A stretch of 55,637 nt of DNA, filler included, from Sphacelaria rigidula (GCA_964200075.2; 4 parts of 4 records of this genome joined end to end with filler, not necessarily neighbours in it); one strand, 5' to 3'. Positions 13,936-27,770 are shown, counted from the first letter of the whole stretch. Notes: generated by a model from the sequence alone, not told the origin. Translations and numbers: made by a program.

Positions 13936-14959
13936 CGCGTTTCTGGCCATTTTTCGTACCTTTCTTGGGCAAAAAACGAGAAGGTATACCTTTTCTAGGC
14001 CATTGCCCTTGTATTTATAGCCAGCCATCCGCAGTACATGGCGCCGCACGGACAAGCACAGCGGTATAGCGCACTGTCCCGTATGCAATGGTATTGTGCA
14101 ATCCAGTTTAGTTTATTGTTGGGAATATATATCCCGATTAGGCAGCATGCGATAAGATCGATGTTTCATTATCCCCTGTATAGTGCTAGTTTCGTCGACG
14201 CGGGACTACGGGGTTTTCATCAGGTGTATGCATCTATCAGCGAGGTCGACTGCGCTCTGATAACATGACATCAGCTGTAACAAAAGCTTGCGTGCAGTAA
14301 ATAGGACTTGAACAGCTGAAGCTGCTCGCGAGCAAGTTCTTTCTCCACCCAATTTTACGTGTTCTTGGTGGTGTACAAATTTCATCTGCTATATGCAGTG
14401 TATGTGGGAATGTCTGTGCAGCCTACCCTCTTCGAAATGAATCATTTCTCAAATATATTCCAAGTTTGGAATTAGGATTTATTTAGATTAGCAGCGGCTG
14501 TCCAAATTTCAGATTTCCATTACACTTGTGCCTCTAAAAACAATTCGGGGGATTTCAGTGTTATTGACACGGACCTTCGAGGGCCCCGATATTCAGAAGT
14601 ACAAAAAATACATTCCATCCTCCACGATTACCACGCATAGCTCCGTGTGCAGAGCAGAGGTTGAATAACGTCGAAGTTCCGGGATCAATTCCCCGTCTGT
14701 CCTAAGCAGTTCTTTTTTCGCCAGTACCTTGCGCCCGCAGCTGCATGTGAAGAGTAGTTTGTGCGTAAACACACTGCACAGCATTCCCAGTAGCGATGAA
14801 CTCTTCGCGGGGCGACGGAACCCTGTGATGCACACTATTCATGACCGCTGTAGGGAAACCCTGTGGAGCATCCTGTGCTACGCTGGAAAACACTGTACGG
14901 TAAAATTCCCGCCAGAAACACTGCGCAGGGTACGTGAACCCTGTAGACCCCCTCCACAG

Positions 14960-15950
14960 GGTGCTATCTGTCCACGTGTGGAAGATGCAACAGCCAAGTC
15001 TGTGAGAAGTCCAATCAAGACTCGATCTGGTCGGAAGGGGTCGAAGTGGGGTTTTTCTCGAGTGCGCCCGGAGACAGAAGCGGAACACAACGCCATGAGC
15101 ACCAATGAAGCCGTAACTTGTTTAGGGCGTCTAGAATGATGTTTGAAGAGCGATAAAAAAGGTTTTTCGCGCAACGCGGGTTCGTACCAATTCGGGGGGA
15201 GAACGTGCGTGGTTCAGAGCTGCGTTATGAGGCCCAGACGGATAGGCTAGGACAGGTCACGTTTTGAATTTCGGTTCAGTTAGAAGGCTTTCCAGCCTTG
15301 AGCGCCTCAGAGGAATTCTTCCCTTTTCGTGTGCTCGTATTTGTGTTATATCATCTTTCAGCTCTTGCCGAGTCGTATTAACTCCATGTCTTCCTTCACC
15401 TCGTGTTATCTTGTCTTACCCTGTCTTGACTTGTTCGGTATATCGACTCTTGTACTTCCCGTCTTTGACCTTCTCGTGCCCACGCACAGTGCAACCAAGG
15501 TGCAACCGAAAGTTTCCTCATCTTAGCTTGTTCGTTGAGTTATCCTACGATAGGGGGGGCGTATTTGATTGCATGAAAAAAGAGACTCAAAAGTGTCAGA
15601 CGACCGGCCACACTCGCAGTGGGCTTGTATTTGGTTCAAAACGGTGTCAATCGGTATGAACGAGCGTTATATATCTTTGACAAGCTCTTCGAGCAAGCGT
15701 TGCTCCAATCAAGGAAGATATGACTTGGAATTTCGTGCAAGAGATACCCCCCCCCCCCATCGTAGGATGACTCCTTTCCGGTCGTACGTATGCTGCTGTA
15801 TACCATGGTTTCGCTGTTTTGGGCTCTCGGGGTGCCACGTTTTCAAATTCGTCAGCGGTTTCGATGTGTCTCCTTGTCTGTTGTATTATGTCTTCTCGTG
15901 CCGCACCTTTTTGAGCACGAGTGCTAGATTTCGATAAAAGGGCCAATATG

Positions 15951-16007
<57 letters not shown>

Positions 16008-17160
16008 TCGATGAAGATGGCACAACACGAACACATGTGTATCTTCATATTTTCGAAGACGAATCATGCAAGTTGCATTTATCTGTTCAAATCCCAGGTG
16101 CAAGCCACGAGGTAAACTCCCGACGGAGTGCCGAGAGACAGTGACAGGAGCTTTGTCAGAACGGAGAACAAAGCACAAAGGATGAGCTGAGTCGCTCAAG
16201 CCACTCAATGTCTGTAGCCGAGAAGGTGAGCGCGAATGATCACCATGAATCCATCCCATATTAATCAACGAGAAGAGCGGGCACAAAGATGAGTGGCGGG
16301 CTGTTGATACAGCAGCCACGTTTGGTGCATCCACAGGTTCATCCCAGATCAACTGACGAGAAGAACGGGCACAAAGATACACTAGGGCTATCATGAAATA
16401 TGTCATTTGTTGAAGTATGATGAGTAGCTCACAGACGCATCCGATCCCTTACTGGGCGAAAAAGGCAAACGCTACTGTGTTCGATCAATTTTTTCAGAGT
16501 CAGAAACGACGCGCATGTTGACCGGAGCAGAATGCGCCTTGCAACAGCAGAGGCAACTGCAACGCATGTGTATTTCGGTGCCCCTGACTACAGGTATAGT
16601 CATGATCTTGCATGCCATAGTACATGACCATTGCTCTCGTGTTCCTCATTACGGGAGTGAACGACACGTACCTCATATCAGAAACATGCGCTCCGCCACC
16701 GCAGTAAATTGCGTCCAGTATACATCACGTTTGAGGCAGGTTGAGTATGAAGGGAACTTCAACACGGCATCTTTCCATCTGATCTCACATAAAATGTGGA
16801 GTGGATAGAAGCAGGTGTACACCATGCGATATTTCGGCATTTCACGATACGCTTGTCGGCGACATTCGCACGTGCAAGTAGAGTCAAGATACACCCTGAT
16901 CCTGTCCACAGAACAGCACAATATTGCTCGTGAAATGTCCGAAATCGGCCAAAAGTGGCGCCCAGAAGAAGAGATGAACCCGCAGCTGCAACTGGACTAC
17001 CGAACGACTGCCATTTCGCGTGCTTCCTTCCACGTCATGAAGTACGCGCCCACAAAAAAGGACAGCGCTATTATCGGCGAGGTCAACGAAAGTCGGATCG
17101 AGCCCACGTTTCGCGAGGTGGACAACCGTCGCAGATCACTGTCCCCACAAGGAGGAGTGA
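14960..17160 (+). pseudogene. Heavily decayed spliced gene, tentatively a KDZ (Dileera-like) transposase
   Basis: Motif-like pieces occur in the expected order. CPRVEDATAKSVR lies at about 14970. FIPDQL(H)EKNGHKD at about 16340 needs a 1-nt frameshift and is D-x-x-H-x4-H like. VNCVQYTSRLRQ at about 16705 looks like a degenerate C-E-Q-x-N-S-x-L. An exon after the acceptor ctgatcctgtccacag (about 16911) reads EQHNIAREMSEIG. Confidence 0.4.
15950..16007. repeat. (ACA)n microsatellite
   Basis: About 19 tandem ACA units. Confidence 0.97.
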
Positions 17161-17199
17161 AACACGGGCCGTTGTTGACACACAGCACCGACGCGTGGA

Positions 17200-20100
17200 G
17201 ACGGGTTGTGCTCGCCTCGCAACGCCGCAATTCCACATTTTCCCAGAATGTGGTGGACAAGCGTCTCGACTTTCACCCTTCATTCCGCCAAGACATCGGG
17301 TGCAGCATAGTTCCCATAGCAGTTAAGATCCAAATTGATTCACCAAGCTCCGAAATACTCCTTCTTCCAGGGAACGTTGTTTGCAGTGCAGGTGGAATCG
17401 ATCACCTAGAATGTACGGTTACAACGAGCGCAAAAACACCAGAATACTCTGTTGAAAGTCAATCTTGGCGTTAGAAGCGATGATTTGGATATTTATGTTG
17501 GTCTAGAGGCTGTACACTATCATGTCTTTTTGTGCCCGACAAATTTCAACTCATCTCACGCGAGTAAATTCACTTCAGTATTGCTCCGGATACGTCTCAC
17601 TGGCGAACGAGGTGCAACAGGACTCGCCGTCTGGACAAAACGATTGTACAACGCAGCAAGGTACGCATGTATAGAACAGCATATATCTCTGTAGGATCTC
17701 CGTCAACCTCCGCGTTCCATGAACGATAACATACAGTCGTCTTCGACGTAATTATCATAGGTCCACCGTCTTCATTGGTTCAACCATTTCGGGGCCCGAC
17801 GGAAAACCCTTCTTTTCTTCTCAACCTGGGATTTGCATCACCTGTATTTGATGTAGGGATACGCCTGTATTAACGAGACCGTTGTCATGCACATGCTGCG
17901 CATCCCAGTACACTTACAGTATACGCAAGGAAGCCGCGGCCGGCGGCATCGCCGTCTCAGTGCGATAGCCGTGATCACACCAACAGTTGTGCATGCACGT
18001 TGTTTACACATGAAATCAACACACACACACTTGAAATTTGCTGAATGGTTCCAGGGCGCGACCTGTTTGGTGAGGGGTGTACGTGCTGCCCGCGGTGCGC
18101 GCAGCTGTACGTGGATGGGTTTAATCCTGGGCCGGATGTTCGCAGAAATTGCTCACTTATGCACATCAGCCACCTGAGCCGGGTGAAGGCACGTTGACAC
18201 ACCCAAACACGATATCACGAATGAAACCACTGCACACGAATGGAACCGCCGAGGTGAGTTTGTCACTCCCACAAACCATTTTTTGCATAAGTAGTTATCA
18301 GTGTTGATCCTTCGGTACACACGCCCTGCAAACACGTTGCACTTCGACCATGTTGCAACATGCTGTAATCCGATAGAGCAACGTTAGCTACCATTAAGTG
18401 TATGGAATGAACGCCCGACTCACTGCTTCAACGCTGGGGTTGGCGCCGCAGTACAGCACCAGAGGGGGATTGATGCCCATGCCGGAGGGTGTGTCATCGT
18501 CAGCACCAGTAGGGGGCGCGCTCACGTTGATCGCAGCACTGTTTGCCCTCGTGCTGATTGGTCCTGAACCCCCACCATTTTCCTGTGAAAAGCAGTGAGG
18601 AATTTGGAGCCAGGGCTGGTTTTTTCAACGGCTGACGAGTGCACACTCTCTCATGCTCCTTCTACTACGTCGGTAGATTTCATTAGTACAACGATCGCAC
18701 GGATGTTTCCGCATATTATACTCGAGTAGAAGATTGTACGAGTTGAGAATCGAACTCATTCTCACCACTAACAACCTTTTCGTGAAATTGAGAGTTGAAG
18801 GTACGAGTGAGAGTGAAAAGCGGACAATTAGTGAAAAAGCCGTTTCAGTTCCGAAATGCACCTCCACCAGGCCCAATATTCTCGCTGTAGTAGCTTGCCA
18901 CTGAGGCCCTCGATACCCCTGAGTAGGATATCAACGTGTAGCTGTAAGCACATAGCAGTGATGAGACGACGAAAAGCACACAAGGGATGAAAAACTGGCC
19001 AAGTCAAAGCGAATGATCAAAGCCACTCTCAACCCGCATCCAACTCTCAATCTCACGAAAACCTTGTTTACTCAAACATAATTTCCTCCACAACTACATT
19101 AAACAGCGGTCTATGTGTAGATTTTCTTCAAGGTGACCCGATCATGTGTGACAACTAGCGCTTATGATATACATATCGCAGCCTCAAGTATCATCACGGG
19201 AATGACTGGACCTCGTTCTCTACGCGAAAAATAGGACGTGCTCGGAATCACACGTGATGTGTTTTCATACAAGACGCTCGGGTTGCAATGTTTTGCTGAG
19301 ATATCTGCAATACGGCTTGCGCTTTCGAACCGACACTTTCCTAGTGGCGTCTGCGCGTACCGTCTACAACGGCAGCGGTTTGCTAACCTTGATAGACTCG
19401 ACCATGGTCTTGTCAGCAGCGAGCAGAACCGCCTTGGACTGTTGCTGGCGCTTGTTCAGCCGATCCGAGTTCTAGCGTGAAGTATGCCCGCGCAGGTGTG
19501 GGTGGCGTTTACCCGATGATTGGAGAGAACCGGGGGCAATGGAATGGAAGGAAAGAGAAATCGGGTAATTGGTCACCGGAAAAATACTGCGACAGTATAT
19601 ATGGCATGTTGGTATGGAAAAAGGATCTGGCCACCCATGTATCCAGGGGAAAAGGAACGGTGCTGAATTCCAACACTGGAGAAGAAGCGTGTAGGGAAGA
19701 ATCAACGTCAAATACATGGGTTGTATGGTCACCTGTATTTTTGGCAGCACCAGAAGAATATGTTTTTCTTTCCGTTTCCAATATACACTACATATACAAG
19801 AGACCTTACTACAAGACGTTCAGGCCTAGGGCGTGCACCAAACCTGGCGAGGCCTCGGTGGTCCTCTGTGATTATCATCCAAGGACCCAGCTTCGAGGCG
19901 GTCGATGTTGAGGTCAGCGTCGTTTCCTCGGTTGAAGATTTCCAGGAGGTGCGCCTTTATATCTGGCCGACCAATCACCAGCTTCACTCCCTCCTCATGG
20001 CTGTTCGCGATGGCGGTGGGGATTTTCCCCTTCTTGCTGGTAGCATCGCTGACGCTCACCTTCTGCAAAAATACACGGTGAAGTTTTGTGTGGAGGAGCA

Positions 20101-23100
20101 CGATGTCGCGCTGATTCCGTGACCTATTTTGTCGGATGTTCATTCTTCATTCGAAAGAGCAGATTCCTGCCATCCATGGGTTTATCCTTTCACGCGTTCA
20201 TTCATCCATTTACCGATCAGTCCATCCATCATTGACGTCGAGAAAAGCGGGACTGCTTCACATAATACCTGCTGCGCAATGGGCCTGGAAAGTTTTCTTG
20301 ACGCCGTCGAACGCACTATTTGGGTATCGTGGTAATACCGTGATATGCCAGGTATATTGCGACTGCTTTCGGTACCGTGAATGCATTTCGTATCCTCAGA
20401 GGAGGACGTTCTACTAGAACTCAATTGATTTTCATCCTATTTCCCTTGAACTCCACCGGTAACGTAATTTCACCGATGACGATGAGCACTGTCTCATGTC
20501 CAACCCACCGGGAACTTGGTATGGTCGAACGATTTCCATCTCCCACGGTCGCCGTCTTCATCTTCTGCAGGCTATCAATCGGAAGTGACGGCGGACACGC
20601 CAAGAGAAAGTAATCGGGGAAAGGCACAAGTGAATTAAGTAGCTCACATTGCGGCACTCAACGCATCAATAATAAACACCACATATAAAATGATACCGGC
20701 ACTTTGCGTTGGATGTTAGTGCCCATATAGCCAATGGCATACCTCCGCATTGCGGTCTCACCCACCATCAATGACTACAGAAAATACATTTTCACCATGA
20801 CTGAACAGCCCCATAAAACGCTTCAATGTTGGGCGTTTTCTCGTTGGTTCGCATCCCGTCTCTCTTGTCCTTGCAGTCATCTTGGGGTATCTCTGCCTGG
20901 ATCTAAATGATTGAGAAGGAAACGCACAGTTTATACCTCTTTACGACGTCTTCAAGTCTCCGGACTACTTCTTGAAGGGACAAAACTACAACCCGGACAA
21001 GACCGCATTGTTTCGTCATTCGACAGTTTCCTGTGTACAAGACATCCAGCCGGAATCCGCACCCTCGAATTGACTTCGTCAACCTCAGCACAGAATCCTC
21101 GCACACTTTGGTGGTCCTCGGTGCGCGCAGCTTGACTCATGGGTTGAACAAAATATGTGGGGAGTTGTGCGAGCCTCCACGATTTCAACAGGTGCTTGAG
21201 CAGAGGGGGGGGAGGGGGGGGAAGCTCGTCCAGTTTTGTGGATCAACAACATTGGTAAGATTTTCCACGAGGTGTTGTTCGAATCACAGTCAAAGCGCAC
21301 GCGCGGTCAAAGTGCGTCGAAATCCTGTTGGACATTTGAGCAAGTCAATTCGACGTGACACCATCCATCACACCGTCGTCTCAGGCAGACCTACCGCCGA
21401 CGAGCGGAAATATAGACGTTGGATCGATTTGTAAGTTGAGTGTCCATTTGTAAGTTGAGTGTGTTCGTGAAAACTTGCCATCCCTTCATTATGTTGTCCT
21501 CTCTGCTGTCTCAGTCGATACCCGGCTCGGTCTGTCATCTTCATTCACGTGTGCTGAACATTTTCGATTATCATCGAACCATCATTCAGTTCTACTGATG
21601 GATGATCAACGCAGCAGCCTGGTAACTCCGCTTGAAATCGCCTCGCGTTACGAAATTGACAGTTTGGGGTACGCAGGAACGGGGGCATCACGGGTATGGA
21701 GATATGACGAATACTTTTACCCCACAGAAAAATGACCAAATATAATGATACGTAGGCCGACAATAACAGAGGCAAGACTCTTTGCCACCTTCACATAGAT
21801 CTGAATTTCGCTCCACCGTACACGAAAAAAAACGCCACGAAAGAGGTAGCCGTCTGCTCCCGCCAATAAAGCGTTGGTGAGTGAGGAACATTGTGATAGA
21901 TTCCTTCCCCCGTCGTCGTTTTTCCACGTCACAATTAGCATCACGCTGCCACGTCCCTCAGTCCTGCGAACTAAACCCGCTTGTGACCTCACCGTATCCG
22001 CGGGGTTACTGTTCACTCTTCCGTTGTGAGAAGGAGCAGGAACGGCGGGTGGTAGGTGGCAGTTGACCGCGGCTCCTGTCTTCTCCACGTCCCCGTGGCC
22101 ATTGCTTGGTTGGTCATCCTTCTCTTCCACATCCTTCGCAGATGTGTATGATGAGAAATTAAGGAGAAAGGGAAACCGATCGTGATGGGCCACAAGGGGG
22201 CACGCAGAAGTAGAAACACGTTGAGAGGGTTATATTCCTCAAAATGAACGCTCTCAATGCCACGTGTTGTTGCATTTGCGCGTCCTCGTTTCCTCCCGAT
22301 GAAACTTGTATTAGCGATGACCAGGATTTGATAACAATCTATGAAACCTCAGAGACGGTCAGATGATCGACCTTCACTGGAGTCTTCGTTTCATCATACA
22401 GGTCATCGCATTCTGCACCACCTCTGTATACTTCTCACGATGACCAGGATGGTGCTTGACATAACTCGGGCCTTGTTTACTCTTCGGACAAGTACCTCTG
22501 CCCTGGGCATTAGCTCCGTAAGCAAGTTTTTTTTTTAAACAAGGCTCATTTTTTTTTTAAATAAGCTCTCCCCCCATGTTTTATGCCCCACTTCAAGCTT
22601 TTTTCAGCGAAAATACGCGTACTTTATGCGCCCCCTTCGCGTCCTTGTTGTGGCGTTGTGGCAGTACCCCCCACAAGGCGCGCCTTCTAGCATAAGGGGA
22701 AGACGACAATTTGGGTGTTCAAAGGTTTAAAATAATGTTTTTGATTGAAAAATGGGACATTTCTCCGATCATTGAGTTTGAATGCCACCCCAAACCACCT
22801 GTCGAAACAACGTGTACGAACTACGTACACTCATGATACATGATGCAGCAGTGGGTCATTCCAGCCTCTGGACACAGGGGACTGCAGCCTTTGGCCTCTT
22901 GCCCGGTAAGCTTCAAGCTACAAGCTATCGCTCCCGCCCCTCCCCATCATATACCATCAATCGGCATTTGAAATCGTGTCAAACTTCCGGCTCTGATTGT
23001 ACTTGAGCATGACGGCGGCTTCGATCCGGTCACCTAGCGCCCTCTCCAGGCAGGAATCCAAACACCCCCTCAAACGGAAAAGCCTCGCTCCATAAACGCG

Positions 23101-24470
23101 GACGATGACTGAATAAGTACGATATCCATCGCCACGAGATACTAAGTGGGAGGCTTTGTTTCGCTTTTGTCCCAGAACGACAGCAAACCGTAATTTGAGT
23201 GCGCGCCCAAGGCCGCGACCAAAAAGTCATCCTTCTCGGACAAAACGCCCGCCATGACCTCAGGGGTCACGAAGAAGGGTAAAACAGCAAGCTGGCGGAC
23301 CTCCTCCCCGGTGTAGCCTGTACGCTGCTTAATATACACGAAGTGTATGAGCTAAAGCTGTAGGTTGTACGCTGCACAATGTACAATGCGCCCCATGGCA
23401 CAACTATTGTACAAAATATTGATTACATTTTTGAATTTAAAATAGTATCAAACATATAAAACACAAACGGAAACGTTTTTTGGATCAGACCCGCGACCAT
23501 GGCAGTTTGGAGTATTGATTATTGAATCCTGTCTAGTGGCGAGTAACGAGTGACGAGTCACGCCATAGGCCTTAGGGAGCACTTTCAAGCAGCTGATACA
23601 CTGGCTGCAGGAGGCACATGGAAAAATATCGCAATTTTATGCGCGTTTCGAGCACATTTTAAGCTTTTCAAACTTTTTAAGCTCTCTTTAAGCTTTTCCG
23701 AAAAAAGCTTTTTCAAGCCCGAAAACTCCAAATTAAGCTAAACTTAAGCGCGCTTACGGAGCTAATGCCTAATCTGCCCGGGTATTGTAAACACCGTACA
23801 ACTAAACGTCTGATATTACCACGGTAGTAGCTTTGCTGAATAGCTCGCTTTCGTTCACAAAGACTCGAGATTCCAGATTCAGAAGATTGCCGTGACATGT
23901 GCGTTACGCAGGCACACGCGCATGCGTAGACACATACCTTCAACGTGGCGGAAACAGAGCTAGGGCGATGGTGGCTTTGTGAAGGCGTGAGGTGCAGCAG
24001 CGATGATCTTGATATCTCCAACACAGAACGGGGGCGGTGGAGCGATTTCGAACAAAGCTCTAGCCGATGGATGCTGTCGTCCACCGTGCGGCTCGTTCTC
24101 ATCATGCCGTTGTTTCCAAGGATGCCGCCGTGAACACTATCTTCCGCGGGATTTAGGAGCTTCGACAGCGCACGCTTGACCTCGGGTGCAGGTTTCCCTG
24201 TGAGATACACCGTGCTCTTCACCAGGTGCAGCTGTTCGCGGTTGGGGAAGGTGAACAGGACAGCGACAAGCAGCGATTTTGTTTTTGACAACCTTAAGCA
24301 GTGCACCAAGAGCGAGAAAGCACGTTGTATCTCCAGCGTATATATTCGCTGAAGTTTCATTGGGTCGGACTGTGCTGCGACTGGTGGATTGCCACTTCAG
24401 AAGGAGGGGATCTACATGCACAGAGATGGGTGAGTCAAGACACATCTCTCGAAAATCGAGTGATCTACAG
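17200..24470 (-). pseudogene. Large multi-exon, short-intron gene relic of unknown family
   Basis: Exons with splice signals include 21993-22133, 20425-20564 (donor mutated to ttgagt), 20214-20315, 19844-20123, 19388-19471, 18862-18941, 18424-18582, 18031-18173 and a terminal exon from 17405. The 20564-19844 trio is phase-compatible. There are several in-frame TGA stops and a hAT insertion. A further candidate exon lies at about 23938-24290. Confidence 0.6.
22504..23771 (-). mobile_element. Non-autonomous hAT transposon with dimerisation-domain remnant
   Basis: 20-bp TIRs T(G/A)GGCATTAGCTCCGTAAGC and an 8-bp TSD, ctctgccc (22496-22503) vs atctgccc (23772-23779). Internal relic LLSFWDKSETKPPT*YLVAMDIVLIQSSSAFMERGFSV is a hAT C-terminal motif. 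Confidence 0.88.
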
Positions 24471-27400
24471 CTGTACTTCAATTAAGAGCTTCAGGAAATC
24501 GCAAGAATATGTGTGAGTATGAGCGTCATAAATTGCCAGGCTAATTGACCCAACGGTCACAAAGCTCCTCGCAAAACCTTGACTTTTTCCGATGTGATAA
24601 TTGCTTTGAATCAGCCGCAGTTTCATCCCTGTTCTGCAGCCGTGTACATGCCACCTCATAGACCTGAATATACTATACAAGTACCATCTGTACTGCGTGA
24701 ATATCTCACAGTTTGTAGCGCATGGTGATGGCGCGTTCACATCCTCAATTGTGGAAGCCCCCAATAAGTACAGCTGGGTTCCGATGGTCTGACACTTTGT
24801 AGCCCAAGCCGACGCTTCATGGCTTTTACATTAACGTTGTCGAATGACGCTCCTTTAGGGGGGGGGGGGATCATTTGGATCATTCATTCCGGCGAAATTT
24901 CACCTCAAACCGTCGTTGATAGAAGCAATGTTTGTTCGAGCGCGCTTGATACCAAGAAGACACACTCACGAAACCAGTTGACACACGAGGCATCAACACC
25001 CCCTCCCTACCCATCCCCTATCGTAGCACCACTCTGTTGTGCGTCTTGTTCTGCCTGGGCTTTCCACGGCTATAAAACGTACATACAAGCTGAGAGAAGT
25101 TGCTTCTCGCGATTTCGCGTATCTCTCCTCCGCTGCTCTGGCCACAAGGTGCATCTCAACCATGACTTTTCAAGTAGCACCCAACGGCATGGGCTAAAAA
25201 GTAAACGGCGAGTAGTTCATGTGTTGGGAATTGCCCCTACTCGTGGCAGAACCATACCTTGCACTTGCGCAAGGTTGCAGTAGGCTCGGCAGCGTCAGGG
25301 AGAATTGAACATTTCAAGACACCACCCCACCCAGCGCGTACTGGCTGTATATGAAAAGCGCAGCCCAGCTGACAGCTTACCGCACAAGTCCCGCACATGT
25401 GAACAATGCCAGCAAAAGCGACCCAAACGCGTTGCAGCAAACCCCAAGTTGCAGAATAAGCCCCCCAATTACCCAACGCTACTGTGTTCAATTGTCAAAC
25501 GACTAAGGCAAGCATCAAACGAGTACGCCTCCTTACCCAACGCTGACAAAAAGATGGATCTTGATTCTTGTCCCTGGACGTGAGCAGAACGCTGTGGCAA
25601 CGTTTTCAAAAGTTGGGCTTTCAAACAACACCGCAGCGTAGCAGCCCTCTGTTGTTCTATGATTAGGCCATACGCTAACAAAAGTTACCCACAAGAGAAT
25701 AAAGCGACTTTGCGAGACTCCCGACTACCTCAAAGCGATCCAATTTCTGAACCGCGGACAACTTCACGCGTTGTGACACATCTTACACGCCATCACGCTG
25801 CGATTGGAAAACGGGGGCGATTACGATGAGGTGAGCTATAATGTGCACAGAGCGGCAATGAAGACGTGGCTAGTGTCCTTCAAAGCTGACAATTACAGCT
25901 ACCCGACTATGTCTGGATTGTATCATATGGATATGAACTGCATCAGCGTAGGGTGACTCGAGAAAAGCACCGCAAGAGCAGAGTGTCTGAGATTTTGCGG
26001 TGATGCTCATGGAGAAGTTTCAAAACTACCAAGTAGAACCTGTTCCTCCAGGAAAAATTGGAACGAAACGCAGAATGTTTTCCTACATATCTTCGAATCT
26101 CGCACTGGTACGGATTTAAATTCGAAAAATGACCGTTGAACTTCGCCACACATGTCCCAACTGTCACGCATAGCGACTAGCAGCTGATACGTCCTCATCA
26201 GGAGGGATACGCTGTCACCCAGACAGTCCGGGTCGTCTTCGATAGCCGTGACGGTAGTCCAACTGTGGCCTGCTTGTTATCGTCGCGATCAACAAAGAGG
26301 TGAAGCTGTGGCGACTGTTTCCGCAGAACACCGTACGGCGTAAGAGGCGCCAAAATATCGCATGATGAGACCGAAGTACTGAAACAACAGCTAGCAAACG
26401 TTGTTCACATTCGCCCAAAACGGAGCCAAACGGAATCGACTGAAGCATCTCATGCAAAGTGGAATCCGTCCATCTGTACACCTACACGCCTTCTGCGGTA
26501 GGCACTTGTAGCCCATACGGCACACCTCTGTGTGTTGTGCACACAATTGGATCTTGAAAGAGTTTGGATCCGTACTGACGACAATGCAATGTTTTGACCT
26601 TGTTCGATTAATCTTTTGATCGCGAGGGTAGTCCATCTGCATCATTTATACTTTTTTCAAGTGATATTTTTCGATTCAACAGATGACCTACTCCCGCCGT
26701 CCGAGGGCCAAAGTGTTCAATGCTTCAGGTGTAGGCAAGCATTGGTATCTTAAAACCCGAAGGACTATTTTATCTTCGAACACGGTTCGGGGCAGCGGGT
26801 GAATCACAATAACGTAATTATTTTCAATTACGATTCCGATTCAATACAGTTCTGAGGGGGCGATGGAGTTCAGGCTAACCCGGCGAAAAAATTAGCGCTT
26901 CGAAAAACAGTCGGTTTTACTGTACAGCAGTGGGCGATCTAACTATTCATTTTTTGGCATTTTGTGATATTTTAGTATTTGGCGATCTTTTGGGGCTCTT
27001 TCCGCTTGCCACCGCTCATCACATGGGGGATCTGAAGATATTTATATCCGCTCCACATTCCAAAGAGAAAAAATATTCTGTACTCAATATTGAGTGACAT
27101 ACGGGCTGACCAGTCATCGGGGGTCCTGCCACGTTTCAGCCCAGATTCTCCCTCTTCTGTATTTTCGATCGATCGAGCCCGTCCCGATTTCTTTTTGGGA
27201 AAAAATGTACAGTTTTATTTTTTCGAAATTCTGCCTAGTCATTGCACTAGGGCCGAAAAACTGTGTTTCACGGTCAATAACACCCTCCTGATGAACGGGG
27301 TATTTACTCATTTCGCCCGATAACACCAACTAGCACTGACTTGGTCACTGTGTTTCGAAGACGATCTGCTTTGCTGTACCAAAATCGACCGACGCTAGCA

Positions 27401-27770
27401 ATTTCGAGTTATATCGAAGAGTAGTACGCGAGGAAAACCCCAAAACACCCCAAAATAGTTAGACCGCCCACTACCGTAGTGCGGATCATATTTAGATCTG
27501 CAGAGGCCTCACAGTCGAAAGGGCAGGCACAGCGTCCGCAACACACACTTCGACTCAAACCGTGGCGCCGATCCGGGTTTGCCAACGCACGTTCAGCGTA
27601 CAGCACCCGATCGCCTTCCTCCGCTTGAGGGTTCTCGGTCTGCCCTGGGTCGTGGTTTGAATTAGGGCTAGCTGGGGTATTTAAACCAAACAACGTGCGT
27701 CGAACCATGGATTTCTGTCGCCGAGTTGGATAAACTCCCCCCCCCCCCCCCCCTGGGGGTTTCGCGGGGT

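Noticed and set aside
17601-18173. Apparent series of micro-exons (17, 32, 23 and 30 nt), possibly mutually exclusive
   Set aside because: 18031-18173 reads as one continuous frame with a single TGA, so a decayed ordinary exon is the simpler explanation.
18424-18582. TET/JBP dioxygenase as the cargo gene (AAIN...DDD...G)
   Set aside because: No H-x-D motif at the required position and no convincing distal His/Arg; unsupported without a profile search.
26689-27770. Stowaway-like element starting TA|CTCCCGCCGTCC
   Set aside because: Only one TIR-like end is seen; no matching end or transposase before the contig break.
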